From an uncultured virus (IMG/VR IMGVR_UViG_3300044825_002550) (lineage: Duplodnaviria; Heunggongvirae; Uroviricota; Caudoviricetes), in the IMG/VR virus record IMGVR_UViG_3300044825_002550: a DNA stretch of 64,000 nucleotides. One strand, 5' to 3'. The notes under the pieces were generated by a model that saw nothing but the letters and a program-made list of their open reading frames with translations, was not told the origin of the DNA and searched no databases. Every line of letters starts with the position of its first letter. The stretch's first letter is position 1. Positions 1 through 10,971 of this stretch are shown piece by piece. A program made the translations under genes and the position numbers.

Positions 1-131
1 CTGTCCACGTCAGGCTCCCGCAGCCTGATCTCAGTGGGGGTATTAACCCCAAGAGAGTCAAGCTGCGGGGCTAAAGTTACTTTTACACCTAGCTGGTCCA
101 GAGCTAGGCATAAAAGGAGATATATATCCAT
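1..131 (-). CDS. Partial (runs off window) paralog of the 1180-1587 HEXXH protein
   Basis: Manual translation from ATG at 131 (alternative 137) gives MDIYLLLCLALDQLGVKVTLAPQLDSLGVNTPTEIRLREPDVD.... This aligns with MDLFYVLSLCLARLGFRVVVDPNLPYYG...QENQDVETLAHE and follows the same hairpin element. Not in the ORF track. Confidence 0.75.
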   Translation of the reverse strand, partial: MDIYLLLCLALDQLGVKVTLAPQLDSLGVNTPTEIRLREPDVD

Positions 132-145
132 CTCCATCCCTCTAA

Positions 146-182
146 AGTACAAAAAAACCCCACCCAAGGGGGTGAGGTTAAA
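146..182 (-). repeat. Cassette-boundary element, short form (hairpin + T tract)
   Basis: The + strand reads gtacaaaaaaaccccacccaagggggtgaggttaa. On the - strand this is AACCTCACCC-CCTT-GGGTGGGGTT-TTTTT, which resembles an intrinsic terminator. Confidence 0.9.
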
Positions 183-184
183 AA

Positions 185-739
185 TTATTTAGTTACACGC
201 AGCATTAGCCACGTCATTAAAGCCGACGCGGCTACTGCTACACCCACCCCAAAGGGGGCGGGTAACCCCTGCCAAGGGGCGGGGGGTGGGGGTGGGGGAG
301 ACTGCTCTAAGAGCTTAAGCACGACCTCGGGCTCGTGCTCCAGGGCCCATGCCCCGTACTCTAGTCCCCACTGGGACTGTGGGTAGTAGTCTTGCACCTC
401 CTCCCGTATGCGGGAAGCTTCTGCCAGAGGCAGATGAGGGTTTACCTCCTGCGGTTCCCCGCGTAAGCGTCCACCCCCGGGGAGGTGTTGCAGGAGATGG
501 ACGCTTTCGTGCGTTAGGGTCTTACACCAACTTGGGCTGCCCGAGTCCCACACGATTTCCCTTGTCAAAGGGAAGAAAATTCCCGATGCACGGTGATCCC
601 GAAGGAGAGTGGGGTTTTCGACGAGCACCCCCCTGCGGGTGAGCAGGGCTTTGATTGCCCCGCACGCGCGCGAGCGCGCGGCGGTGGTGGAGGTGGTGGA
701 GGTGGTGGTGGTAGCGGTCAGGGTGGTGGTGGTGGTCAT
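185..739 (-). CDS. HEXXH zinc-metallopeptidase-like protein with Thr-rich N-terminus, Pro linker and C-terminal TM anchor
   Basis: Motif TLTHESVHLLQ with downstream EYGAW; poly-P linker followed by a hydrophobic tail; paralog of 1641-2153. Confidence 0.75.
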   Translation of the reverse strand: MTTTTTLTATTTTSTTSTTAARSRACGAIKALLTRRGVLVENPTLLRDHRASGIFFPLTREIVWDSGSPSWCKTLTHESVHLLQHLPGGGRLRGEPQEVNPHLPLAEASRIREEVQDYYPQSQWGLEYGAWALEHEPEVVLKLLEQSPPPPPPAPWQGLPAPFGVGVAVAASALMTWLMLRVTK

Positions 740-740
740 G

Positions 741-800
741 GTTTTAGCGGCTTAATCCACCGCATAAAGGTACAAAAAAACCCCACCCAAGGGGGTGAGG
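741..800 (-). repeat. Cassette-boundary element, full form (terminator-like hairpin plus a second hairpin just before ATG)
   Basis: gttttagcggcttaatccaccgcataaaggtacaaaaaaaccccacccaagggggtgagg, essentially identical to 2155-2214. Confidence 0.9.
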
Positions 801-810
801 AGAAACAATA

Positions 811-853
811 AAAGCAGCACAGAGCATGGGAACTAGCCCAGTGCTGCTTTTTT
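811..853. terminator. Stem-loop flanked by A and T runs
   Basis: AAAGCAGCAC (811-820) pairs with GTGCTGCTTT (841-850), with an inner TGGG/CCCA stem. It lies directly downstream of the 854-1114 stop. Confidence 0.55.
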
Positions 854-1114
854 TTATTCTTTTCTAAGTAAGGACCACCAGAGACCACTGGTCTCTAGAA
901 GTCCTATATACCAGTCAATACCGGACAGGTGCCCGGCGGGGATACTGAAAAAAACTTCAGTATCCCCCTCCCCGTGGAGGGAGGACCTACCGCCTGCCTC
1001 CTGGCAGGCGGAGGTAAAAATGAAGAGTAAGTCTTCATCCCCGCTTGGGATGAAGAATTGTAGAAGTACTACCACCTTGGGGGCGGGATTGGGAGCGCGG
1101 AAGAAGTTAAACAT
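854..1114 (-). CDS. Small hypothetical protein (86 aa) in cassette array
   Basis: The ATG sits directly after a full boundary element, as in the neighbouring genes. Confidence 0.7.
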   Translation of the reverse strand: MFNFFRAPNPAPKVVVLLQFFIPSGDEDLLFIFTSACQEAGGRSSLHGEGDTEVFFSIPAGHLSGIDWYIGLLETSGLWWSLLRKE

Positions 1115-1118
1115 GATA

Positions 1119-1175
1119 TTAGCGGCTTAATCCACCGCATAAAGGTACAAAAAAACCCCACCCAAGGGGGTGGGG
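1119..1175 (-). repeat. Cassette-boundary element, full form
   Basis: ttagcggcttaatccaccgcataaaggtacaaaaaaaccccacccaagggggtgggg. Confidence 0.9.
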
Positions 1176-1179
1176 AAAA

Positions 1180-1587
1180 TTAAAGAATTATTTTTTTGTC
1201 CTCTGCCTCTTGGGCTAGGGCCCTTAAGAGGCAGAGGACTTTTTCTGGGTGTTTTTCGAGGCAGTAGGCTGCCATTTCTACCCCCCAGAGCTTGGGTGGG
1301 TAGGACCTTACAGCACCCCAGATATGCTGTAGGTCACTTAAATTCCCCCTAAGGTCCGGGTTTACCTCAAGGGGATTTAATGTGAATAAACAAGGACCTA
1401 TACCATGGCGCTGGTATAGGACCTGAGCGACGTGGACAGCCTCATGGGCTAGGGTCTCCACGTCTTGGTTTTCTTGTACTACGACGAGGTTACCCTTTAC
1501 CTCGCCGTAGTATGGTAGGTTGGGGTCTACCACCACCCTAAACCCCAGCCGCGCCAGGCAGAGGCTTAATACATAAAAGAGGTCCAT
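1180..1587 (-). CDS. HEXXH zinc-metallopeptidase-like protein
   Basis: Motifs TLAHEAVHVAQ and EMAAY. Start revised from 1623 to ATG 1587 (MDLFYV...), which has AGAGGA upstream; 1623 falls inside the repeat element. Confidence 0.75.
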   Translation of the reverse strand: MDLFYVLSLCLARLGFRVVVDPNLPYYGEVKGNLVVVQENQDVETLAHEAVHVAQVLYQRHGIGPCLFTLNPLEVNPDLRGNLSDLQHIWGAVRSYPPKLWGVEMAAYCLEKHPEKVLCLLRALAQEAEDKKIIL

Positions 1588-1604
1588 ATAGAATCCTCTA
1601 AACA

Positions 1605-1636
1605 ACAAAAAAACCCCACCCAAGGGGGTGAGGTTT
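1605..1636 (-). repeat. Cassette-boundary element, short form
   Basis: acaaaaaaaccccacccaagggggtgaggttt. Confidence 0.9.
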
Positions 1637-1640
1637 CAAA

Positions 1641-2153
1641 CTATTTAGTTAAACGCAGCATTAGCCATGTGGCTACAGCCGATATGGCTATAGCCATACC
1701 CACCACAGCGGGGGTGGGTAATCCCCCCCAAGGGGGAGGGGGAGGGGGTGGGGCCGCTTGCTCCAAGAGCTTGAGCACGACTCCTGGCTCGTCCTGCAAG
1801 GCCCAGGCTGCGTACTCCTTATTCCAGGCAAGGTTGCTATACCTCTCCTGGACTGCCCTTACAACTGCCTCTTTCCCCTTGGGGACGGCCTTACGGCCAA
1901 TTAAGGCAGTCCCCCCAGGCTGTTCCTGCAGCCAGTGCACTGCCTCGTGGGCGAGGGTACTGCAGTCGCCCGAGGGAGCTTTATGCAGCCATATTGTACC
2001 GTTATAGTACATCCCCCGGGCATTGTATCCCGTGGCTATGCCGGGATCTACAATGACTGGTACGCCGGCCCGGTTAAGGGCGGAGACAATGCCCTTGCAT
2101 GCTGGGGTTAGGTTGGACGTGTTGGTAGCGGTCAGGGTGGTGGTGGTGGTCAT
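1641..2153 (-). CDS. HEXXH zinc-metallopeptidase-like protein with C-terminal TM anchor
   Basis: Motifs TLAHEAVHWLQ and EYAAW; poly-P linker; hydrophobic C-terminus; paralog of 185-739. Confidence 0.75.
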   Translation of the reverse strand: MTTTTTLTATNTSNLTPACKGIVSALNRAGVPVIVDPGIATGYNARGMYYNGTIWLHKAPSGDCSTLAHEAVHWLQEQPGGTALIGRKAVPKGKEAVVRAVQERYSNLAWNKEYAAWALQDEPGVVLKLLEQAAPPPPPPPWGGLPTPAVVGMAIAISAVATWLMLRLTK

Positions 2154-2154
2154 G

Positions 2155-2218
2155 GTTTTAGCGGCTTAATCCACCGCATAAAGGTACAAAAAAACCCCAC
2201 CCAAGGGGGTGAGGTTAA
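2155..2218 (-). repeat. Cassette-boundary element, full form (first in the array)
   Basis: gttttagcggcttaatccaccgcataaaggtacaaaaaaaccccacccaagggggtgaggttaa. Confidence 0.9.
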
Positions 2219-2335
2219 AGAGACCACCTACAGGTATAAGCCAGGAGTTGTTCAGAATTAGACCCCCGGCTTATACTGTGAGCGTACAAATAAGGTATTT
2301 ACCCCGCGCGTATATTTTGCTCCAGCTATGCGCCT

Positions 2336-2684
2336 TACCTGTAGAGAGTACCTGTAGAGAGTACCTGTAGAGAGTACCTGTAAGCCTTACCTGTAGAGAG
2401 TACCTGTAAGCCTTACCTGTAGAGAGTACCTGTAGAGAGTACCTATGCGCCTTACCTGTAGAGATTACCTGTAGAGATTACCTGTAGAGATTACCTGTAG
2501 AGAGTACCTGTAAGCCTTACCTGTAGAGAGTACCCATAGAGATTACCCATAGAGATTACCCATAGAGATTACCCATAGAGAGTACCCATAGAGATTACCT
2601 ATAGAGATTACCTATGCGCCTTACATATAGTTATTATGTATGTGCCTTACATATAGAGATTATCTATAGAGATTACCTATGCCT
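2336..2684. repeat. Non-coding 13-bp tandem array (26 in-phase units plus degenerate edges)
   Basis: Units TACCTGTAGAGAG, TACCTGTAAGCCT, TACCTATGCGCCT and TACCCATAGAGAT keep an exact 13-nt phase from 2336 to 2673. Confidence 0.95.
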
Positions 2685-2753
2685 TACGAATAGGTTACAA
2701 AGGGGAGATGTATAATAGTAGGATAGGACGTATAAAAGATATGGAGAGAAAAG

Positions 2754-3602
2754 ATGTACAAACCGATAGAGCCTGTAGAGATACCGAGCATGAAGGATGT
2801 GTTATTAGGAGTAAGAGGGGGGCCGATAGACGTGGGGGTAGTAAAGAATTTAGAGGAAGAGGAGAGTGTAGTAGCGGTGAATTTAGGTATACCTGTAAGG
2901 GATATAATAGGGTATAGGAGGAGTCATGTGTTTTACAGGTTAAACGAGAAGCCGGTGAAGGTAAGGCACAATGGGTTAACAGCGGATTTAGAGGTATATG
3001 TAGACATGTTTACGTTTGTGCAGGAGAGGGAGGTATTAAAGGGGGAGGGGGAGGTATATCCGCCGGGGGATCCATTTAGGAGGGATTGGGGGGAGGGGTC
3101 ATACTATGAGAGGTTTACGATGATGTATGTATATGAGGGGATAGTAGTAGAGGAGAGGAGTAAGATGATATGGGATGGGAGGCATGGGAAGTGTATAACA
3201 AGGGATGGGGTAGAAGTGAGTGCGGGGGACAGGGTAGGGGTAGTGAGGGGGATAGTGAGGGGGAGGTTAGACAATCCTGGGATGCCGAAGAGGACGTATT
3301 CGATAGGGAATGAGGGGAAGACGAGGGTAGCGAGTAAATATAGCCCGGCGGTTAACCGAGATGAGTATATAAATAGGATAGAGAGTTGGTTAGCGGAGAA
3401 TTACAATGCGAGTATGGTACCGTCTAAGCCAATAAACACAACAGGTTTAAGGAAGTATTATAGGACAACAGAGGCAGGTAGTGGTAGTGGGGGTAGTGGT
3501 GGTAGTACAGGGGATATAGAGGAGTTAGTAGCGGTGTTAAGTGGTAATAATTTTATAGAGTGGGCGGCGTTAGTTACGACGACTACTAGCAGTAGTAGTT
3601 AA
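2754..3602 (+). CDS. Hypothetical protein (282 aa)
   Basis: Long ORF with GGAGAG upstream; first gene of a + strand block; no family recognised. Confidence 0.65.
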   Translation: MYKPIEPVEIPSMKDVLLGVRGGPIDVGVVKNLEEEESVVAVNLGIPVRDIIGYRRSHVFYRLNEKPVKVRHNGLTADLEVYVDMFTFVQEREVLKGEGEVYPPGDPFRRDWGEGSYYERFTMMYVYEGIVVEERSKMIWDGRHGKCITRDGVEVSAGDRVGVVRGIVRGRLDNPGMPKRTYSIGNEGKTRVASKYSPAVNRDEYINRIESWLAENYNASMVPSKPINTTGLRKYYRTTEAGSGSGGSGGSTGDIEELVAVLSGNNFIEWAALVTTTTSSSS

Positions 3603-3634
3603 TAGTTAATAGTTAATAGTAAGGAGATAGAGAT

Positions 3635-3937
3635 ATGAATGCGGCGTTATTAGGGGATAAGATAGGGTGTCCAGACGGGGTATGTGTGCATGTAAACAGG
3701 GGGCCGTATGTACCGGTAGGGTCGATAAGTTACTGTAAGGTATCGAAGGTACTGATAGAGGGAAAGAGGCCGGCGGTGGTAGGGGACAGAGGGATGTGTG
3801 GGGGGACGACGGTATTAACGACGGGGTCATCGAGGGTATTAATTGAGGGGATGATGGCGCACCGGGTAGGGGACAAGAATGGGTGTACAGGGAGTACAAC
3901 GGGGCCGGGGAGCAGCCGAGTAAGGATAGGGGGATAG
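3635..3937 (+). CDS. PAAR-repeat spike tip protein (T4 gp5.4-like)
   Basis: Three PAAR-like repeats (AALLGD, RPAVVGD, MAHRVGD), GSSRVLIEG and GSSRVRIGG motifs, and Cys/His metal ligands. Confidence 0.9.
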   Translation: MNAALLGDKIGCPDGVCVHVNRGPYVPVGSISYCKVSKVLIEGKRPAVVGDRGMCGGTTVLTTGSSRVLIEGMMAHRVGDKNGCTGSTTGPGSSRVRIGG

Positions 3938-3984
3938 ATTGGATAGAGAGTATAAGATAGGAATAGAGATATAAGGAAAGAAAA

Positions 3985-4374
3985 ATGAAGAAACTAAGAG
4001 AGATAGTATATAGAGTAAGAGGGGTTATAAAGGTATTAAAGCTACTAAAAGAGATAGAGGTTAAAGAGAGTAAAAGTGGGATAGAGATAGAGTTAAGGGG
4101 GGTAAAGGTAAAGATAGAGGGGAGGGTAGTAGAGGTAGAGTATGATGGGTTAATGATGTTAGAGCCGAAGTATTTATCGATGTGTTTAAAGGCAGGTAAA
4201 AAGACAGAGGAGGGGAGGAGAGAGGTAGAAGAGAAGATAGAGAGGTTAAAGTGGTTAGTAGAGAACGAGGAAAAAGGGGATGAAGAGAGAGAGTATAAAG
4301 AGGATAGAAGGGATAGGGAAGAAGAGGGGGATAAAGGGAGGGGAAGTTGTGGAGTACCTGTTAGATTTTTATAG
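3985..4374 (+). CDS. Hypothetical protein, E/K/R/G-rich
   Basis: ATG with AAGGA upstream; closely spaced with its neighbours. Confidence 0.55.
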   Translation: MKKLREIVYRVRGVIKVLKLLKEIEVKESKSGIEIELRGVKVKIEGRVVEVEYDGLMMLEPKYLSMCLKAGKKTEEGRREVEEKIERLKWLVENEEKGDEEREYKEDRRDREEEGDKGRGSCGVPVRFL

Positions 4375-4375
4375 T

Positions 4376-4507
4376 ATGGAGCATATAGACTTATGGATTG
4401 AGAGGATAAAAGAGGAGGAGGAGGAGGGGTTAAAAGTAAGGACAAGGGCGCAGTTATCGGTATTATACTCGTATTTACAGACGTTACATGACAGGATAAT
4501 ACTTTAA
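4376..4507 (+). CDS. Small hypothetical protein (MEHIDLW...)
   Basis: ATG 1 nt after the previous stop; the stop overlaps that of the convergent gene. The track start at 4280 is less likely. Confidence 0.4.
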   Translation: MEHIDLWIERIKEEEEEGLKVRTRAQLSVLYSYLQTLHDRIIL

Positions 4508-5490
4508 GCGAAGGCGGTGATATCAAGGCGGGGGTGTGTATCCTTAAAAGGTTTTAAGGTATAGATATTGTTTTTAGAGATTAAGCGAGAGATATCACCG
4601 ATGGAGTCGGAGACAGAGAGGGTTTTAAAGGAGAAGGATTCTTTAATAGAGGAGAAAACAGTGGGGCCCGAGAAAGAGACTTTTAGGCGGTGTGACAAGT
4701 CATTAGAGAGCCAGTAATGGGATTGAGAGAGGGAGTCAAAGAATATTTTTTGATAAGAGGGGGAGAGAGTAGAGATAAGTTCAAGTTCAGTAAGGCCTAT
4801 TAAGGTATTAAAAGGTGAGTTAGAGATAGAAGTGATACAGAAGGTAATGGGAGAGGAGGAGGAGAGATAGAGTTGAGGGGAATCAAAAGAGGATTGATTA
4901 GAGGGGGAGAGAAGGGTAGTAAGGGGTTGAGAAGGTGGGCAGGAGAAGAGGTAGAGGAGAGGGTAAGAGAAATTGACATAAATATTATCAACAACAGATT
5001 TAAAAGAAGAGGAGCGTTTAAGATTACGATAAGAGGAGAGAACGGAGTCAAAGACAGATTGAGGAGCGCGGGTAAGGGAGATAACTTGGATAGTATTAGA
5101 TAATTGATAGGTAGGGAAATGAAAGAGAAAGCGGTTAAAGTGTTTACTATAAAGGAGAAGGCGTTCTTGTTGAGTGGTACCGAAGAGGTAGACAGTTTTG
5201 CCTTGTATAGAAGTAGGGTTAAGGATAGAGGAGTAAAGGGGGGTAAAGGATTCAGAGAGTACGGTGAGATAGGTTTGGGGGAGATAGCCGTATAATTGGA
5301 GGTCATAGGAGAGAAGGGTATCAGGGGAGGAAGCGAGGATAGACATATAAAGAGTCTGTCCTGGGAAGAAGACAGCGCGGGCTATAGTTTCAAAACTCAT
5401 ATATTTAGATAATTCTTTATAGCCTCCCAACGCGACGAAACTTTCGTCGCTCAAAGTTTTTATTACTTCTATTGTTTCTACAGTTGTCAT
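4504..5490 (-). CDS. Hypothetical protein (328 aa)
   Basis: Long ORF at the end of the - strand gene block. Confidence 0.7.
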   Translation of the reverse strand: MTTVETIEVIKTLSDESFVALGGYKELSKYMSFETIARAVFFPGQTLYMSILASSPDTLLSYDLQLYGYLPQTYLTVLSESFTPLYSSILNPTSIQGKTVYLFGTTQQERLLLYSKHFNRFLFHFPTYQLSNTIQVISLTRAPQSVFDSVLSSYRNLKRSSSFKSVVDNIYVNFSYPLLYLFSCPPSQPLTTLLSPSNQSSFDSPQLYLSSSSPITFCITSISNSPFNTLIGLTELELISTLSPSYQKIFFDSLSQSHYWLSNDLSHRLKVSFSGPTVFSSIKESFSFKTLSVSDSIGDISRLISKNNIYTLKPFKDTHPRLDITAFA

Positions 5491-5504
5491 ATGTTTTTGC
5501 TCTT

Positions 5505-6779
5505 TTATAATAGATTTACACGACTGTTGTCTAGTTTATTAATGTACTCAATCTGTTTAAGTTTAGTAGAGTGTCCTGTACCAGAGGTAATTATTTTTAA
5601 GTAAACGTTAGGTTCATTTCCTCTTTTTCCCTTGTCAGTTCTTATAAAAATAAAAAAATGGGTTCCATTTGTATTTAAGTAGTTTTCACTGTAAAAGAAA
5701 GTTTTACATTTTTGCACTAGATTTTGTAGAGCAGTTGTATAAGAAGTTCTTTTTGTTACTCCAGCTGCGGCTATAAACGCTCGTGCATTACTTAACTCGT
5801 TAATAGAAGCTTGATTTCGTGTATTATACTGCCGAACTCCTTGAGGTATAGAAGGAAGCCTTAACGCTAGCTGGTCACCATAATCTGGACCTGGTGTAAT
5901 AGGCGGAAGGGGGGTATTATTTGTGTTTGGGGGTTCCGCTGCAGTAGCAGACCCAAAAAAAGGATTACTTTGGTTATTAGGATTAGTAGCTACAGGAGTA
6001 GTTGCTGTTGCTGTTGCGGCAGCAACAGCAGCAGGGGTTACTTTTACACCAATTTCGGTAGGAGTTAACTGTTTAGTAGTAGTGTCAAAGCTAAGTTGGG
6101 TATAGTTAGCCTTATTAAAGTTAGAGGAGAAGTAAAGGATAGAAAGAGAGTAATAAGTCAAGTTATTACGAACGCAGTAGTATTTAAACTCTAGGATAGA
6201 GCCGGTAAAGAACACAGATTCTGTAAAATTACGTGAGGGGACTTTAATAGAGACAGTAATTATAGCCCCGCGCCGCACTATATTTTCTTCAATAAAGTTA
6301 GCAGTTTCATAAGTGTTAGAGGATGTTTTGCCAGGTATAATAGCGCCTACAAGGAAGATAGATTTTCTATCAATACTAAGGTTTTGTAGCATATAGTTAC
6401 TACCAGGCACAAGATGGTTTTTTACGCGCATTTGTGTGCGAATAGGAATACCGGGTTGAACCTCAGGGACGCCTGGACCGCCGCGAAACTTAGATGTAGG
6501 GCTTGAGTAGTTAAGAACAGTTTCAATAGCGGGGAGAAGGGTAAAATCAATTTTTTTATCTCCGTTTTTATCTGTGTATTTAAGGCTAAAAGTATCCGCC
6601 CTAGCGACTAGTTTATTAAGGGAGTTTAGGCTACTAGATATATTAGGAGGGTTAGTTTCTACAGTTTTTATTGAGTTTGGAGAATAACGGCTGGAAGGGT
6701 TAGTAGAGTTAATAACAGAGGAGGAGGAAGCTATAAGGTTAGAAACAGCCCCATCAAGGGCCAGGATTTGAGGGCTCAT
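5505..6779 (-). CDS. Putative tail/baseplate protein: conserved N-terminal domain plus unique C-terminal domain
   Basis: The first ~240 aa are nearly identical to 6933-9533 and homologous to 9578-10417. A T/A/P/N-rich linker leads to a unique basic C-terminus. Confidence 0.6.
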   Translation of the reverse strand: MSPQILALDGAVSNLIASSSSVINSTNPSSRYSPNSIKTVETNPPNISSSLNSLNKLVARADTFSLKYTDKNGDKKIDFTLLPAIETVLNYSSPTSKFRGGPGVPEVQPGIPIRTQMRVKNHLVPGSNYMLQNLSIDRKSIFLVGAIIPGKTSSNTYETANFIEENIVRRGAIITVSIKVPSRNFTESVFFTGSILEFKYYCVRNNLTYYSLSILYFSSNFNKANYTQLSFDTTTKQLTPTEIGVKVTPAAVAAATATATTPVATNPNNQSNPFFGSATAAEPPNTNNTPLPPITPGPDYGDQLALRLPSIPQGVRQYNTRNQASINELSNARAFIAAAGVTKRTSYTTALQNLVQKCKTFFYSENYLNTNGTHFFIFIRTDKGKRGNEPNVYLKIITSGTGHSTKLKQIEYINKLDNSRVNLL

Positions 6780-6932
6780 AAAGATATTTATTATAGTTTT
6801 ATAGAAGCTTAGAGGCTGCAGAAGATATCGCGGGGGCTATAGTTTCAACGTTATATATACTGCTTACTACAATATACGACTTCTAGTTTACTCTACCTCT
6901 ATGTTATTCTTCGTTGGGGTATGTTAAACGTA

Positions 6933-9533
<2,601 letters not shown>

Positions 9534-9577
9534 AGGTTTTTATACTGTTCTTTTTTTGTATTTTTTTTAGGAGTAAG

Positions 9578-10417
9578 TTACTTAGTAATGCTTATAGTAA
9601 TAGAATAGTAAGCTTTGTTACGGCGTACGGCGTAGAGTCTAAAATCAGTAATAGTACCAGCGAGGTTAATAGTAGAGGTTTTTTTGTTAGGTTCCTGAGT
9701 CTTAATAAAGACGCGAATTGGGCGTCCGGGTTGAACTACTTTTTCGTCAAAGAGTTTTGCTTTAGTATAAGCGCTGTCCTTATCAGAGTTAGGGTCAACG
9801 TAAACGGGGTTAAGGGATGCTGAGGTCTTGGCCTCTGAAGTACTAGATTCGTTGCCGATAAACGCGCCGACTAGTGTTAAAAAACTACTTTCTACACCAA
9901 TAGTTTGGGTAATAGGGGTATTACCTAGAAAGTTAATAATACGATGTTTAACAACTGTTCTTATAGGGATACCAGCTTTTACTTCGGGTACGTTGCTGTT
10001 ACCTCTAAAAGGCCCTGAAGCTGAGTATTGCATAGTAGTTTCTATAGCAGGGGGCAGCGAGAAGTTAAAGTAGTTAATTTTATTTGTACTGTCTTTAGAG
10101 TATTCCTGATACCTAATATAAAAGGTATCTTTAGGGAAAATAAGCGTCTCCATAGCTTTTATATCTTTTTTGCTAATAGAGGGAGGATTAGTTTCCACCG
10201 TTTTTATAGGTTTATAGTTGGGGGTAGGACCCGGAGGTTTAGAGGGTTTGTTGGGGTTATTGTTGGGAGTATTGTTGCTGTTATTGTCGGGAGTATTGTC
10301 GGGAGTATTGTTGGGAGTATTGTTGGGAGTATTGTTGGGAGTATTGTTGGGGGTTGTAGGGACCTCGGGGAATAAGTTATCTATTCTTCTTCGTGGGCTG
10401 TCATGCAATATCGCCAT
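9578..10417 (-). CDS. Stand-alone paralog of the same N-terminal domain (possible tube-like/GpU-like baseplate protein)
   Basis: Shares IKTVETNPP, LPPAIETT, VPEV..GIPIRT, LVGA and G.I.DFRLY.VR.N..YYS with the two downstream genes; NNTP repeats at the N-terminus. The fold assignment is inference. Confidence 0.55.
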   Translation of the reverse strand: MAILHDSPRRRIDNLFPEVPTTPNNTPNNTPNNTPNNTPDNTPDNNSNNTPNNNPNKPSKPPGPTPNYKPIKTVETNPPSISKKDIKAMETLIFPKDTFYIRYQEYSKDSTNKINYFNFSLPPAIETTMQYSASGPFRGNSNVPEVKAGIPIRTVVKHRIINFLGNTPITQTIGVESSFLTLVGAFIGNESSTSEAKTSASLNPVYVDPNSDKDSAYTKAKLFDEKVVQPGRPIRVFIKTQEPNKKTSTINLAGTITDFRLYAVRRNKAYYSITISITK

Positions 10418-10432
10418 GGTTGGTATAAGAGG

Positions 10433-10969
10433 TTATAAAAGGTTAGTAATAGGTAGTAATAAGCGAAGAGTTTCAGAGACGTTAAGTTCTTTAGTTTTAG
10501 GGCCGGAGTGTTGGAGATAGAGATGAGAGAGGGAAGAGAGGTTAGAGGAGAGAATAGTATTAGAGGTAACAGGGGTAGGGGATATAGCTAAGCCTAGCCC
10601 GCGCCAGGATGATTGTGGTAATTGGCTATGAACTAATATAGATTCAAAGCAGATATTAAAGCAGTTATAGGAAGAGATATCAGAGAAGGTGGGGGCTAGT
10701 TTTTTATAAAAAAGGCCATTAAAAGAGAAATCCGAGGTTGTAGAGCTAGTGATTTGGATAACTGGCGAAGCGCTGGCTACCTTTAGGTACCCAAATAACT
10801 CAACTGGATTAGTTATATTAGGAGTTACTGATGGAGGTATATATTCTATAGGCCATGGAGTATACTTACTAAAAGTAAAGACATAAGTACTACTAGCATT
10901 AGTAATTGTGGAGCAGATATTAGATATTTTTAGAAAGGCGTTAGTGTTAAGAAAAGAGGTAGAAATCAT
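10433..10969 (-). CDS. Putative baseplate wedge protein (T4 gp8-like N-terminal motif)
   Basis: YVFTFSKYTPWPIEYIPPSV...ELFGYLK resembles the 'Y..i.k..pW..e..PP' motif of gp8-like baseplate proteins. Confidence 0.5.
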   Translation of the reverse strand: MISTSFLNTNAFLKISNICSTITNASSTYVFTFSKYTPWPIEYIPPSVTPNITNPVELFGYLKVASASPVIQITSSTTSDFSFNGLFYKKLAPTFSDISSYNCFNICFESILVHSQLPQSSWRGLGLAISPTPVTSNTILSSNLSSLSHLYLQHSGPKTKELNVSETLRLLLPITNLL

Positions 10970-10971
10970 AA

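Noticed and set aside
349..2007. + strand ORFs 349-642, 593-811, 1170-1352 and 1669-2007
   Set aside because: They are antisense to paralogous HEXXH genes whose starts align with the repeat element.
146..2218. Integron attC cassette array
   Set aside because: The core hairpin (~25-30 bp) is shorter than attC sites, lacks proper paired RYYYAAC/GTTRRRY boxes, and no integrase is in the window. The cassette-like organisation is kept as a finding without this label.
2336..2684. CRISPR array
   Set aside because: The units are contiguous 13-mers with no unique spacers, and no cas genes were seen.
3606..4526. 306-aa - strand ORF, and likewise the short + strand ORFs at 4873-5295
   Set aside because: These are low-complexity shadows caused by the extreme strand skew; the first lies antisense to the clear PAAR gene.
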